From contig JAIVFI010000024.1 in the NCBI GenBank assembly GCA_025558095.1, positions 434,001-498,000 on the forward strand: a DNA stretch of 64,000 bases, read 5' to 3'. The stretch comes from Hyaloraphidium curvatum SAG 235-1. Its lineage: Eukaryota; Fungi; Monoblepharomycota. This document shows, piece by piece, positions 37,948-48,800 of the stretch (position 1 is the first letter of the stretch; each line of letters starts with the position of its first letter). The position numbers and the translations under genes were made by a program. The notes under the pieces are model-generated. The model made no database searches, was not told the DNA's origin, and saw nothing but the letters and a program-made list of their open reading frames with translations.

Positions 37948-38657
37948 TCATTCGTCCGAATCGCTGTCCAGGGCCTTGTGCCGTTTGATCTTCCGCCTGC
38001 CAGGTTCGTCGTCGTCGGACGACCCGTCGCTCCGCCGCTTGTCCTCGGCAGCCCGTTCCTCCCCCGAATCTTCATCCTTCTCGCTTCTGCGTTCCTCGCT
38101 CAAATCCCGCTCCTGGGAAACCCGCTGCTGCCGCCTGCTCTCCTCGCCGTTGTCCCGTTCCGGGTCCCCCCGTCCACGATCTTCCTCCTCTCTGTCGCTG
38201 CCGTCCACGTTGTCCTGCGGCTTGTTGGCGGCGTCAATGGCGTCGATCCAGGCGTGATAGACGTCCGTAGCGTCCGTGAGACCTGGCGCGGACCGCGGCG
38301 TCACAGGCGGGCCGGGAGCCCGTGCACAACGATTCACAGACTTCCGATGGCCTGACTCCATTCCTCGTGGCAAACTGCACACCGAAGGCTGCCCCGCTTG
38401 ATCTTCCGGTCGCTGCGGGGTCCGTCTGTCAGGTCCGTGCCCGATGCCGACCCTGGACCCCCAAGGTTCGTTCCCGGGGCTCCTCACAGCTTGACCTCAA
38501 TGCAGCGCTCATGGTTGCAAAAGAGACAATTGAACTCTCTGTCCATGGAAATCTTGGCCTTCTTGACACTGGCTCAATTGACTGCAGTCAGGCCTCCCTT
38601 CGCTCGAGTTCGTGGCAGGAACGCGTACGGTGCTCTCTTGGACTTCCTTTTCCCCAT
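37948..38657 (-). CDS. ELF1: Transcription elongation factor Elf1/ELOF1
   Basis: MGKRKSKRAP, FNCLFCNHE, DVYHAWIDA, acidic tail; multi-exon. Confidence 0.9.
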
Positions 38658-38909
38658 TTCTAACTTCGCAACGCGTGCAGGTAACCGCGGTGCGAATGAC
38701 TGGAGTTCAGCTCGGCTGTCAGGCTGGAAGTTCAGATTGAGGTGGTGCGGGTCGCGGCGCCGCGGCCGCGGCGCGGGCGGTTTCCGTCGGTTCCTCCGCT
38801 CTTCCCTGTTTCCACTCCAGCCCGGGCCCGCAGCCAGTGCGAGAGACCCGCTCCTGAGCCACCAGTACGAAGTTCATTCAGCCGCGGAAAGAGGAGAAGG
38901 GAGAGGAGG

Positions 38910-39262
38910 ATGATCCGCGTCGTCGGGCTCACCGGCGAAGCGCTCGTTCTGGACGGATCTTGGGTCGAGAAACTACGCGGCGGCTATTCAGTTTCGAAAG
39001 TGCCGGCGGATTCTGTGAAGGAGGCAAAATGGGAGGATATCACGAGGTCGGACCGAATGAACCAGGAGTGTTCAGAGAGTAACGCCGACGCTTCCTAAGA
39101 CGGAAAAACGTGCTCTTTGGCCCGAAGGAAACCATCGTGCAGGTTCTGCTAAGCTTCTCCAACGGCCCCTTCTTGACCCTGCAAGTGCCGGAGGAGCGGC
39201 GCGCGGAGCTTGTCAGTCTTGTTGAGGCAATACTTGCTCACCGGAAACTGAGCACGACATAG
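38910..39262 (+). CDS. Small (~100 aa) hypothetical protein, 2 exons
   Basis: MIRVVGLTGEALVLDGSWVEK...; intron AG|gtcgga...cctaag restores frame to RKNVLFGPKE...HRKLSTT*. Confidence 0.5.
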
Positions 39263-39644
39263 TACTGCCAGCTCAACAGCAGATGCTTGCCAGCATGGAT
39301 GCTTGGTTGAACACGCATCTTTGGCTCAGATAAATGGTGAATCCATGCTTTGAAACCATACTTGGCTGAGCCAATCTGGCAAGCAGATGAACATGTGTAT
39401 TACTTATTCGATGTCGCAATCCAAGTTGTGTTGTATGTAAAGGACGGAGCTGGGGCTCAAGATATAGGTGGAAAACAACTCGCAAGCTCGTTGTGCACCT
39501 GGCCTTTTGACTATTCGATAGACCGTGCCTGATGCTTTGCAATGACCTTGGTCACAAAGTTGCGAAATAAAGCTGGCATGCAGGCCACAGGGTTGGAGCA
39601 TAGGACATGCTGGCTCAATTGATGATTGCTTATGGTGCATGCCT

Positions 39645-42101
39645 TAGAATAGAATAGTATTGGTGACCCGGACCTGCCCCTGGCTTGGCCGCTGTTACAC
39701 CATGAGTTTGCTGCTAATTGCAAAGTTCATCGTCGTCGTGTGTCTTTTTCATTTTCCCAGTTTTCCTGTCCTTCATGGACTTTGAGATGAAGCTGGCAAT
39801 GGAGTTGAGGGCCTTCTCCATCCTTCTGCCGCCTCGCTTTGATTGTGGGCTCGAACTCCTTGATGCTAAGAGCCCAGAGCCACGTCTCCATGTTCCACTC
39901 GCGGCCTAGTGCTTCCAATCTAGTCTGCAGCTTCTGGCGCCGCTCCGCATTTGCTGAGCAGTGAAACAGAAAGTGTTGTTCGTCTCCAATGTGCTCAGGG
40001 TCATGCTTGCACGTTCTCTGCTGCACCTCAAGTCCTTGGTGCCTGCCTGTCTCCACCTCCAGGTCGTGGGTAGAGCACAGCAACTTTTGGACATCCCTCC
40101 GGTGCTTCTCCACCCGGATCAGGGATGGTCCGATGTGGCCAAAGGTCATGTCACACATCCTCCAGAAGTGCAGCTTGTATCATTATCCTTGAGCTTCTGG
40201 GCATTGATCTCCCTGAACTTGCCCTTCACAAGATTCTCCACAGTCTCCTTGGGCCATGAGAAAGTGTCCTTCTCCCACATGCCGGTTGAGGTCAGCTGAT
40301 ACCCCAGAAGCTTGAAGCTGTCAACCCTCTTCAGCTCCTGGTCCCTGTACATGAGCTTTACACGGTGAGGTATCCTCCTGGCCATCCACTCTGTCTTGCT
40401 GACGTTGATCTCCAGCCCATTGGCACTGGCATATGCAGACAAAAGATCCAGCTGCATCCTGGCATCCTTCACCGTCTTCGAGATCAAAGTGGTGTCGTCT
40501 GCAAAGAACAGAGCCAGCAAGCTGACTATCCTCTCCTGATCCTCTTCCTCCTCAGACACCATGCCCAGATCCATCCCTTTTGCACCATTGGCCTCCATCA
40601 TGAAAGCAGTGATGTCGTTGATGAACAAGATGAAGAACAGCGACGAGAGAGGGTCCCCCTGCTTCACTCCGGTCAGGAACTTGATGAAGTCTGACTTGGT
40701 CCCGTCTTCATCCCGGAGCCGTCCCCACACGCGCCCGAACGCCATCTCGAACATGTCAACAACCTGTTTGGGTACACCCATCTCCTCCAGTTTCTGCCAT
40801 AACCTGGGGTGTTCCACCGTGTCAAAAGCCTTTGTGAAATCTACAAAGACCATGATCAGCTTCTCCTTGCGTGCCTTGGCCAGGGAGAAGAGTGCCTCGG
40901 CAAGGAACACTGCATGAAGGGTCAATCTCCGTGCACGGAATCCAAACTGCGAGCCTTCCAGCAGCTTGTTGCACTCAGCCCAGGGAGCTAGCCGAGCGTT
41001 CCAGACCAGGGAGAAGACCTTCTCCAGCGTCCTCTCTATGCTGATGCCTCGGTAGTTGCCAGCCACGTTCTTGGGCCCCTTCTTGTGCAGCATCACCAGC
41101 AGTGTCTGGCCCCAGTCATCCATCTTGACGCCATTGAGCACGTCGTTGAGGAGGTTGACAACAGCTTGCTTCAGTACTGCAGTCCCGTACTTGACGAACT
41201 CGAGCCGGATCCCATCCTCGTCCTTTGCCTTGCCGTTGGGGGCCTTCTTCAAGACCCTCTCCAGCTCCTTGAGGGTGATGGGGCGCAGCAGGTCTCCAGA
41301 AGGCGTGATCGTGGCCTTGGGAAGTGGTGGAAACGTGAGCCTTGGATCCTCCTCGATCTTGGTCACGTATTCGGCGCTGGCGACCATCTCCATGTGGCGC
41401 ACCAGCTCTGCAAAGGGCACGGGGTTGCCCTTGCGCCTTGCGTGAGCCTTTCCAAGCAGCTGGTAGTACCCCTTAGGCTCTCGCCTGAAGAGTCGCTCTA
41501 GCAGCTTGGAGTTCTCTCGCTCAGCAACCCTCCGCATCCTCTTCTCCAACTTCTTCCGCTCCTTCTCCAGCTCCCGCGTCTTCCCCTGGTACTCCTTCTT
41601 CCACTCGTCCTTCTCCATGAGGGATCGCAGCTCAAGAAGGCGTGACAGCTTCCGATCGATCTCGGCCCTCTCTGCCGAGTCCGCAAAGCCGTTGAGGAAC
41701 TTGTCCGCCTCTTCGTGTACGCTGACCTTGTCGTACTTCTTCTTTGCGACCTTGTTCACCGCTGCCATGATCTGGATGAGCCGGTTGCACTTGTCGGATC
41801 CAGCTTGAAGTTGCTCGTACTCTTGCATTGCCTCCTTGACCCAGGGCTCGTCGTAGAGGTTTCGCATTATTGCGAGGAAGTGGAAGTCGCACGGCACGGG
41901 CTTGCAGTGCGGCTTGTTCTCCTTCGCAGCTGGTCGCACGAGGTTGGCCTTGATGGTCAGGCTCAGGGCCATGTGGTCTGAGGTGACGACCCAGCCTTCC
42001 TTCACAAATGCAAGCTGGGTGACCGTCCCGTAGCGGCTCTGCGGCACGATTGCGTAGTCCAAGGTGCTGTCCCGCTTGCCATCCTTTCCTGCGCGAGTTG
42101 T
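39645..42101 (-). mobile_element. 5'-truncated LINE copy 1 (partial APE + RT) with internal deletion and 3' frameshifts
   Basis: NYRGISI, QFGFR, FVDFTKAFD, GVKQGDPLS, FFADD; near-identical to 50030-52668; (TAGAA)n tail at 39645. Confidence 0.95.
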
Positions 42102-42814
42102 AGTCCGCGTCCACGGTCCAACCCCGAGCAACCCCAAGCACCCCACGATAACCTGCCCGGGGGATAACAAGGGCCATTGGACCGGGTTCCGGGCAGCGTT
42201 CGGCCAAGCTCGACACGAAACGGCGATTTGTGGGAATTAAAGAAAAGGGATTGTCCTGCCGGGGGGAAACTTTTGACCCCAACCTCCTATTCTATCGAAT
42301 AGTCAAAAGGCAACACCTTCTCGTATGGCATGTGCCTGGCTCCAGCACCTCCGTTGCAGCATTGGCCCCATGAATGTCACTCTGGCCCCGTCTTCATTCT
42401 GGTAACCTGCCAGGACAGTGACCAAGATTGGTGAACCTTCAGACATGCTCGGATTGTAAACCTATGATCAAGAAAGTCTCTGCCATGGTCATTCGTGTGT
42501 TCGACCCCTACCCTCAAGCTCATGGTGCTCAGGCTGTCTCTTGCTCAGGTTGGAGGTGCAGCACAGCGGCTTCTGCAGGACCCAACCAACCCCCCAGCCC
42601 ATGTTCCCCTCCCCTTGTTAGACCCCTTCCCCTCCCCAATCTCATTTGAATGAAAGGATGGTAGTGGCCTTTGAAGCTCCAACAAACTCGGACACATTAG
42701 TGGATGGGGACCCACGGTGCCCAAGTCGAGTCCTCCAAGGGGTTGGGCACTACTGTAGACTGTAACACAGACAAACGATTGGCTCGAAAATGCATGCCCC
42801 TCAGTGGGCTTGAA

Positions 42815-43008
42815 TGCTGCCCAGTTCCAAATTCCTTTGAGGGCCCTGGCCTTATAGAGCAAGTAGAATGCCGCATCAACTGTCTTGATGCGCATGAGGA
42901 ACTTGAGAGCCGGCTCATCATGGTCATGAGCTGCAAGAGGGTACTGGTCAGTGATCGCATACAGACAAGCCAGGGAGGTAGATTTGGGCTGATGAGTGAC
43001 AGCACAAA
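42815..43008 (-). mobile_element. Old diverged fragment of the same LINE family
   Basis: MRIKTVDAAFYLLYKARALKGIWNWAAF resembles MCIKTADPALYLLYK...KGSWNWAAF at ~50690-50885. Confidence 0.8.
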
Positions 43009-43011
43009 GTA

Positions 43012-43148
43012 TAGAATAGTATTGGTGACCCGGACCTGCCCCTGGCTTGGCCGCTGTTACACCATGAGTTTGCTGCTAATTGCAAAGTTCATCGTCGTCG
43101 TGTGTCTTTTTCATTTTCCCAGTTTTCCTGTCCTTCATGGACTTTGAG
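43012..43148 (-). mobile_element. Severely 5'-truncated LINE copy 2 (3' end only)
   Basis: Matches 39650-39786 including the TAGAATAGT tail. Confidence 0.92.
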
Positions 43149-43541
43149 CCTCTGTTGAAACAGGGGACTCGTGCGAGGGGTGTCTCCCAGCGTCGGGCCA
43201 TGCCTGCTTCGTACCGCGGCTGTGCGTGAAGTTTCCTCGCGGAACACGCGTCTTGCCGAGGGCAACTGCGTAGCCTCAAGTGCAGGACGCTGCGAAGACA
43301 GGAAGGAAGGTCACTTCGCGAGATTTGATCCGGGGGAGCACTGCCGAGACGGAGCGGGCAGAACCCCCGCGCTATCACGGCCGGCCGGGACCGCGGCTTT
43401 TCCCCTGAGGCCACCAGCCTCGCCTGCGCAATGGTCGAAACGGGATCGGAGGTCGGAAGGCGGCGGAAGTGGCCCGTCCCACGGCGGAGCGAGCCGCAGA
43501 TGTTCTCCCGAAATGGTCGAGCCCGTCTGCCAATGAGTACA

Positions 43542-43758
43542 TGTTGCTGGCGATGGATGGATGTGTTTGGAGCCGTTGGATCGAGTTGGAGTTGGCCTTG
43601 GAGTTGGATGTTGGACTTGGATGGATGGGTGGATCTTGGCTAGACAATAACCTAGGAGGGCGGCTCTAAGAAAAGGGAGAATAACACAACAAACACCAGG
43701 AACGCCACCTGCTTCATCCGCACCTGTCTCTGGGCGCCTGTGACCAGGGGTCTTTGAG
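43542..43758 (+). repeat. 5' LTR (portion shared with the 3' LTR; true end may be slightly downstream)
   Basis: One mismatch versus 49817-50032; internal GTTGGA/GATG microrepeats. Confidence 0.93.
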
Positions 43759-43819
43759 ATTAAGAGTCTCACCTGCTCTGACACGTACCTGCTACCCCTG
43801 GAAGCCCGCCCGCGACAGG

Positions 43820-45124
43820 ATGACAGCCAATGATGCCGACAAGCCCATCCTGCTCAACACCGGTGATAACATGGTCCAGTGGGACCGCAAGGCCCCCATC
43901 TACCTCAACAAGCTCGGGGTGTACGAGTACGTCGTCAACAACGTCCTCAGCCTCGACTGGCAGCTCGAGCAGGCTCGCAAGCGGGCCGCTGAGCGCGGCA
44001 ACGCTCCAGGGCTGACCGACCGGCAGAGGGATGCCATCCTTATCGAGGAAGAGAAGGCCGCGCACGCGACCCTCACGGAACACAAGTTCAGGACGACGGC
44101 CGAAAAGGCCTACGGCGAGCTCATGTTGATGCTCGACGACGTCCTCCAGGAAGCATTCGACGAGCCCAAGACGGCCTACGACCTCTGGATCGCGATTCAC
44201 AAGAAGTTCAAGGTTGGAAAGGCGCGCCTGGTACACGCGTCCCAGGTCCGCGTAAACAAGTGGCAGTGGGACGCTTCAAAGACTGTGGACCAGAACTTCA
44301 ACGAGCTGCTCAGCATCAAGTCAGAGAGGGCTGCGCACAAGAAACCGCTCTCAGACTACGACGTGGCCCTGATGGTGACATTCACCGAAGGTTTTCCGTT
44401 CGCGGAGCTCCAAGGATTCTGGGGCCGAATCATTGACGAGGACGGACACTTCGACCAAGATGGCAAGAGCGAGAGTATAACGTTCTCGTTCAATGGCATG
44501 CGGGATGCGGCTAACACGGCCCAAGGAAACAAGAAACCGGATGCACCTGTCAAGATGACAGTCCCGGCGACGCTCCCGCCCCCTGCTGGATTTGGACCCG
44601 GTTTCGCTGCCTATCAGCCGCACCAACAAGTTCCCCGTGGTGGTGGCAACCCCAGTCGGCCTCCGCAGCGCCCCTGGTACGAGCACGGTCGCTACGCTCC
44701 GTACCCCAGCTACAGGCCGAGCGGCATGGCTCCTATCCAAGGCCAGGGCCATGATCCTCGGATGCGCGGCCGCGGGTTGGCACGTGGCGGAGGCCGCGGC
44801 TACTACCCCGCACCGAGGCCGATGGGCGGCCCAAGCTACCGCCCGGCTGGCGCTGCCGTTTGGAGGCCGGCTCCGGTGACCAGTGAGATCACCTGCCGCG
44901 AATGCGGCAAGCCGGGACACGTGGCATCGGCGTGCCCCGACAAGAAGTGCCACAATTGCAACGGCAAGGGGCACGTACAGCGCGAGTGCCCGTCACCGCC
45001 CCAGCAGCCGTACGCCATGCTGGCAGATGCCCAGATGGAACACAGCGAGGGTGAGAATCGGGGGGGGATCCTGGGCCGAGGTGCCCGCGCCGCGAAGGGG
45101 CCGCGGTGCTCGGCGCTTGGTTGA
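43820..45124 (+). CDS. gag: Copia Gag (unspliced form; possible spliced extension to 45858)
   Basis: TAYDLWIAIHKKF, RGG-rich region, CRECGKPGHVASAC and CHNCNGKGHVQREC. Confidence 0.9.
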   Translation: MTANDADKPILLNTGDNMVQWDRKAPIYLNKLGVYEYVVNNVLSLDWQLEQARKRAAERGNAPGLTDRQRDAILIEEEKAAHATLTEHKFRTTAEKAYGELMLMLDDVLQEAFDEPKTAYDLWIAIHKKFKVGKARLVHASQVRVNKWQWDASKTVDQNFNELLSIKSERAAHKKPLSDYDVALMVTFTEGFPFAELQGFWGRIIDEDGHFDQDGKSESITFSFNGMRDAANTAQGNKKPDAPVKMTVPATLPPPAGFGPGFAAYQPHQQVPRGGGNPSRPPQRPWYEHGRYAPYPSYRPSGMAPIQGQGHDPRMRGRGLARGGGRGYYPAPRPMGGPSYRPAGAAVWRPAPVTSEITCRECGKPGHVASACPDKKCHNCNGKGHVQRECPSPPQQPYAMLADAQMEHSEGENRGGILGRGARAAKGPRCSALG

Positions 45125-45287
45125 AAAGGAGGGCCGCGGGCTCCGCGTCGCGAAGGGCCGAGGGCCAGACGCTTGAAGAAGAGGGCCGCGGGCTCTGCGT
45201 CACGAAGGGCCGAGGGCCAGACGCTTGAAGAAGAGGGCCGCGGGCCCCGCGTCGCGAAGGGCCGAGGGCCAGACGCTTGAAGAAGAG
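45121..45287 (+). repeat. 52-nt tandem repeat, ~3.2 copies, then degenerate GGCCGCGGGCCC motifs to ~45410
   Basis: Units start at 45121, 45173, 45225, 45277 (ttgaagaagagggccgcgggc...gggccagacgc). Confidence 0.95.
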
Positions 45288-45858
45288 CGCCGCGAAGGGG
45301 CCGCGGGCCCGGCGTGTGGAGTGTGGGCCGCGGGCCCGGCGTCGCGAAGGGGCCCGTGTGCCCGGTGCCTGAGGCCGCGGTTGCCTGCCAGGAGGGGCCG
45401 CGGGCCCAGCGCTAGGTGTGGAGTTTGAGTGCGAGAAGTGACGGGACGCTGGGCACATCACCAGCCGCCGACGCGGGGGACCAGCGTCGGTGGCTGGTCG
45501 CGCACGAAACCTCGCACCCTCGTCCCATTTGATGCTGATCATCTTTCTCATCTTTCTCCTCCTTTCTCCTCTCGCCCATACTTGGTGCCATGCCTGCTCT
45601 TCCCTCCGATGCCGTTTCTTTTTGTTCATCCGGTAAGATGGCAGTGCCGCGAACGAAGGTAACTCACCCGCCCCGCACCCCGATCGCTCTTCATCGCAGC
45701 ATTGCCTGACAGCCTTTGGCTTCCTGGGATACGGCTCGATGCATGGTGACAGTGAGGGAGCCGATTTTGGCTATGTCGGCTACGACCAAGAGTCCGGCGG
45801 CGGAGTGCCTTACGGCGACGCCTTCGGAGCGACCTACGGCGACGGCTTCGACAACTGA

Positions 45859-48800
45859 CTACGTAGCGGCGGGGAGGCCGCTGCGATGCCGACCGTGACG
45901 GCCAACGCCGTTTCGGGGGAGGACATCGACGGCGGCATGGTACAAGCTCAACACGCTCGCGCGTACATCAACCATATTCGAGCCAACAACTGTGATTCCT
46001 TCTTCGATTCTGGCGCGAGCCGCAACTCTACCAATACCCTAAGCGACCTGACCAAAGTCTACTCGATACCCAAGTTCGTTGGCATGGACTTACGGGGCCC
46101 GTGGAGGTGTCACAGGCTGGCACCATGTACGTGCGTTTTCGCACGAGCGGACCCGTTGTTCGGCTTGACAACGTTCTTTTCATGCCGAGCACACCGTGCC
46201 GCCTGTTTTCGGAAACGGCATTGGCCGCCGCCGGCGTTCGATCCAGGAACTGCTACCTGGCTGACAAGGAGATGCAGAAACAGCTATACCTCGTGGACGG
46301 CACGGAGCTGTGCGTTCTTCCTCAGCAAAACGGCGTATTCCCGATGCCGATCGAGGTCGTCAAACCGGGGTCAACGTCGCAGGCCATGTGGGGACTCACC
46401 GACGCGGATTTGATCCGACTGCGAGGGGTACGCATGTCACGCCTCTACGATCGCCACCTGTGGCATGCCCGATGTGCGCACGCTCACATTGAGCGCATCC
46501 GGATAGCGCAGAGGTCGGGTGCGGTGCTTGGCCTTGAGAACGTCGATCTGGGCCCCGAGTCGGAGGTTATCGAGTGCGATGTCTGCCTGCGCGCGAAGCT
46601 GACGACCGCGCCGTTCCGCCCCTCGATGCGTGAGCACGTCAAGGACGTCATGGATCTCTGGCACGTTGATCTCAAGGGCCCGGTCGATATCACTTCCGTG
46701 CACGGCGACCGCTACTGGATGGACGTCAAGGACGAGTGGTCGCAGCAGCTTTGGTCGATCCCCCTGAAGACCAAGGACAAAGCAGCACCTCTCCTTCAGC
46801 ACCTCATCGTGTGGGCCGAGACGCAGACTGGGAAACGCCTCAAGCACCTCCAGTCTGACCAGGGTACCGAGCTCGGGCGGTGGAACGCGCGGGAGCTGGG
46901 CTGGTTCCAGACCTGGTTACGTGAACGAGGCACTCACTTCCGGGTCTCCATAGCCGATACGCCTCAACAGAACGCGGTACCCGAACGCGAGCATCGTTCC
47001 CAGGTCGAGGGGGTACTTGCGCTCTGCATCCAGGCTGACGTCGAGAAGCGTTTCTGGAACTATGCCCTCGCATACAAGACTGAGGTCCGCAACATGCTCC
47101 CAACGGTGAAGACGATGCAACGGGGCGCAAACGGAACGGTTACCACGCCGCATGAGCTATGGACAGGGACTAAACCCGACCTGTCACGCCTCCGCACGTT
47201 CGGGTCGGAGTGCTGGTACGGTATCCTCCCCAGCCAGCGCAAGGCTCTGGACGACCGTGCACACCGTGCGATCTTCCTCGGTTTCCCGAAGCACCTGAAG
47301 GCGTACACCTTGCTGGATCTAACCACAGGCAAGATCGTCCATGCGCGATCAGTGGTCTTCAACGAGCGCTATTCTAAACGTTCGCCCGGCTCTTTCCGCG
47401 ACATTGATGCGCTGGGCAAGCATCGCCCTTTTGCTCTCGTACCTCCCCGCCTTCCTCATCGGCTCTCAAAGCCGGCGGATGCGGCAGTCGACGAAGACAG
47501 CGATGACGATCAGCGGACACCACCAAGGGATGCGGGGACGGGACTTCAGGAACCTGCTCAGCGCAATGAGGCAGGAGAGGCGTACGAGTGGGAGCTTCTT
47601 GAGGAAGAGATTGAGTACCCGCTCGACGTGGAGCAGGAGGCAACGGACGCTGGTAATGGCGATGAGCTGGGTGCTGCGCCGCATCCCCTCGCTGGACCTG
47701 ATGATGGTCTGCCAGACCCTCTCATCATGCCCTACGCCATGATCGCCACTCCGCTGACGTGCTCTCCTTCCTTCCGCTTCCCAGCCTTCGAGATGTGGCG
47801 CATACCAGGTGCCAGCGCCCCTGACCCAGACACGAGCCCGGTGACCCTGCTGTCGGTGCACGATGTCACCGTTCCGCGCACATACAACGAATCGCAGAGG
47901 TCACCGCATGCGGCTCAGTGGGAGGAAGCGCGGCAGGAGGAGAACAAGTCGATTCTTGAGATGGGTGTGGTCGAGGAGACGGAACTACCCGCTGGTGACG
48001 AGGACAAGGTGGTGCCCTCGCACTACGTCTACGATGTCAAGAAGGACCAGAACAACAACGTTACGCGCTTCAAGGCACGCTTGGTGGCGGATGGAAACCG
48101 CCAGTCCGAGCAAACGTACTACGATACGTTCGCTGCCGTTCCTAACCAAGTTGTCTTCCGCCTCTTCCTCCTTCTTGTTGCCACGCTGGGACTCCTCTGT
48201 GATCACTGGGACATCAAGACGGCGTTTCTGCATGCTCCACTGGACTACACTGTCTACATCAGACCGCCTCCGGGTTGGCGGTTCCTCAAGGAGTCTTCCT
48301 CGCGCACGGTGCTTCGCCTGCTAAAGAGTCTCTATGGATTACGGCAAGCGATGCGCTTGTTCCTTGCAATGCTTGATCATTTCCTCCGCCAGGCTGGATT
48401 CGTGAAGCTGGCCTCCGAGAGCTGTCTCTACGTGCGCTTCGCGGCCGGCCGCATTATGATCATCTTTGTCTACGTCGACGACTTGCTGGTTGCTGCCACC
48501 TCACAACTGGAGATTGACGAGTTGTTTGGCAGCCTCAAGCAGCATTTCAACATCAACTCGCTGGGCTCTGTCACTTACTGCTTGGGCGTGCACATCCGTC
48601 GCGACACCGGCACCGGTACAATCTCGTTGTCGCAGACGGCGTACATCGACCGCGTCCTCCGCGAGTTTGGATTCACGCGTGATGTTCCCAGCAAGGAGAC
48701 GAAGTCTGCTCTCACGCCAATGCGACCGGATGCACTCCAGACGCTGCGCCCATTTGATCCCGCGGTGTTTGACAGCCTGCCGACGAAGATCCAAGACGAC

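Noticed and set aside
40338-40607. Canonical intron explaining the LINE deletion
   Set aside because: Ends read GC...AG but the donor GCTTTC is far from consensus, and the other deletion begins with CG
43149-43541. CpG-rich segment before the 5' LTR
   Set aside because: No recognisable ORF, repeat partner or RNA structure
45121-45287. CRISPR-like array
   Set aside because: Head-to-tail repeats without unique spacers, eukaryotic context, no cas genes
45856-45858. Selenocysteine codon or altered genetic code
   Set aside because: Host genes here end in TGA, TAG and TAA normally; the site is a gag-pol boundary and I identified no SECIS
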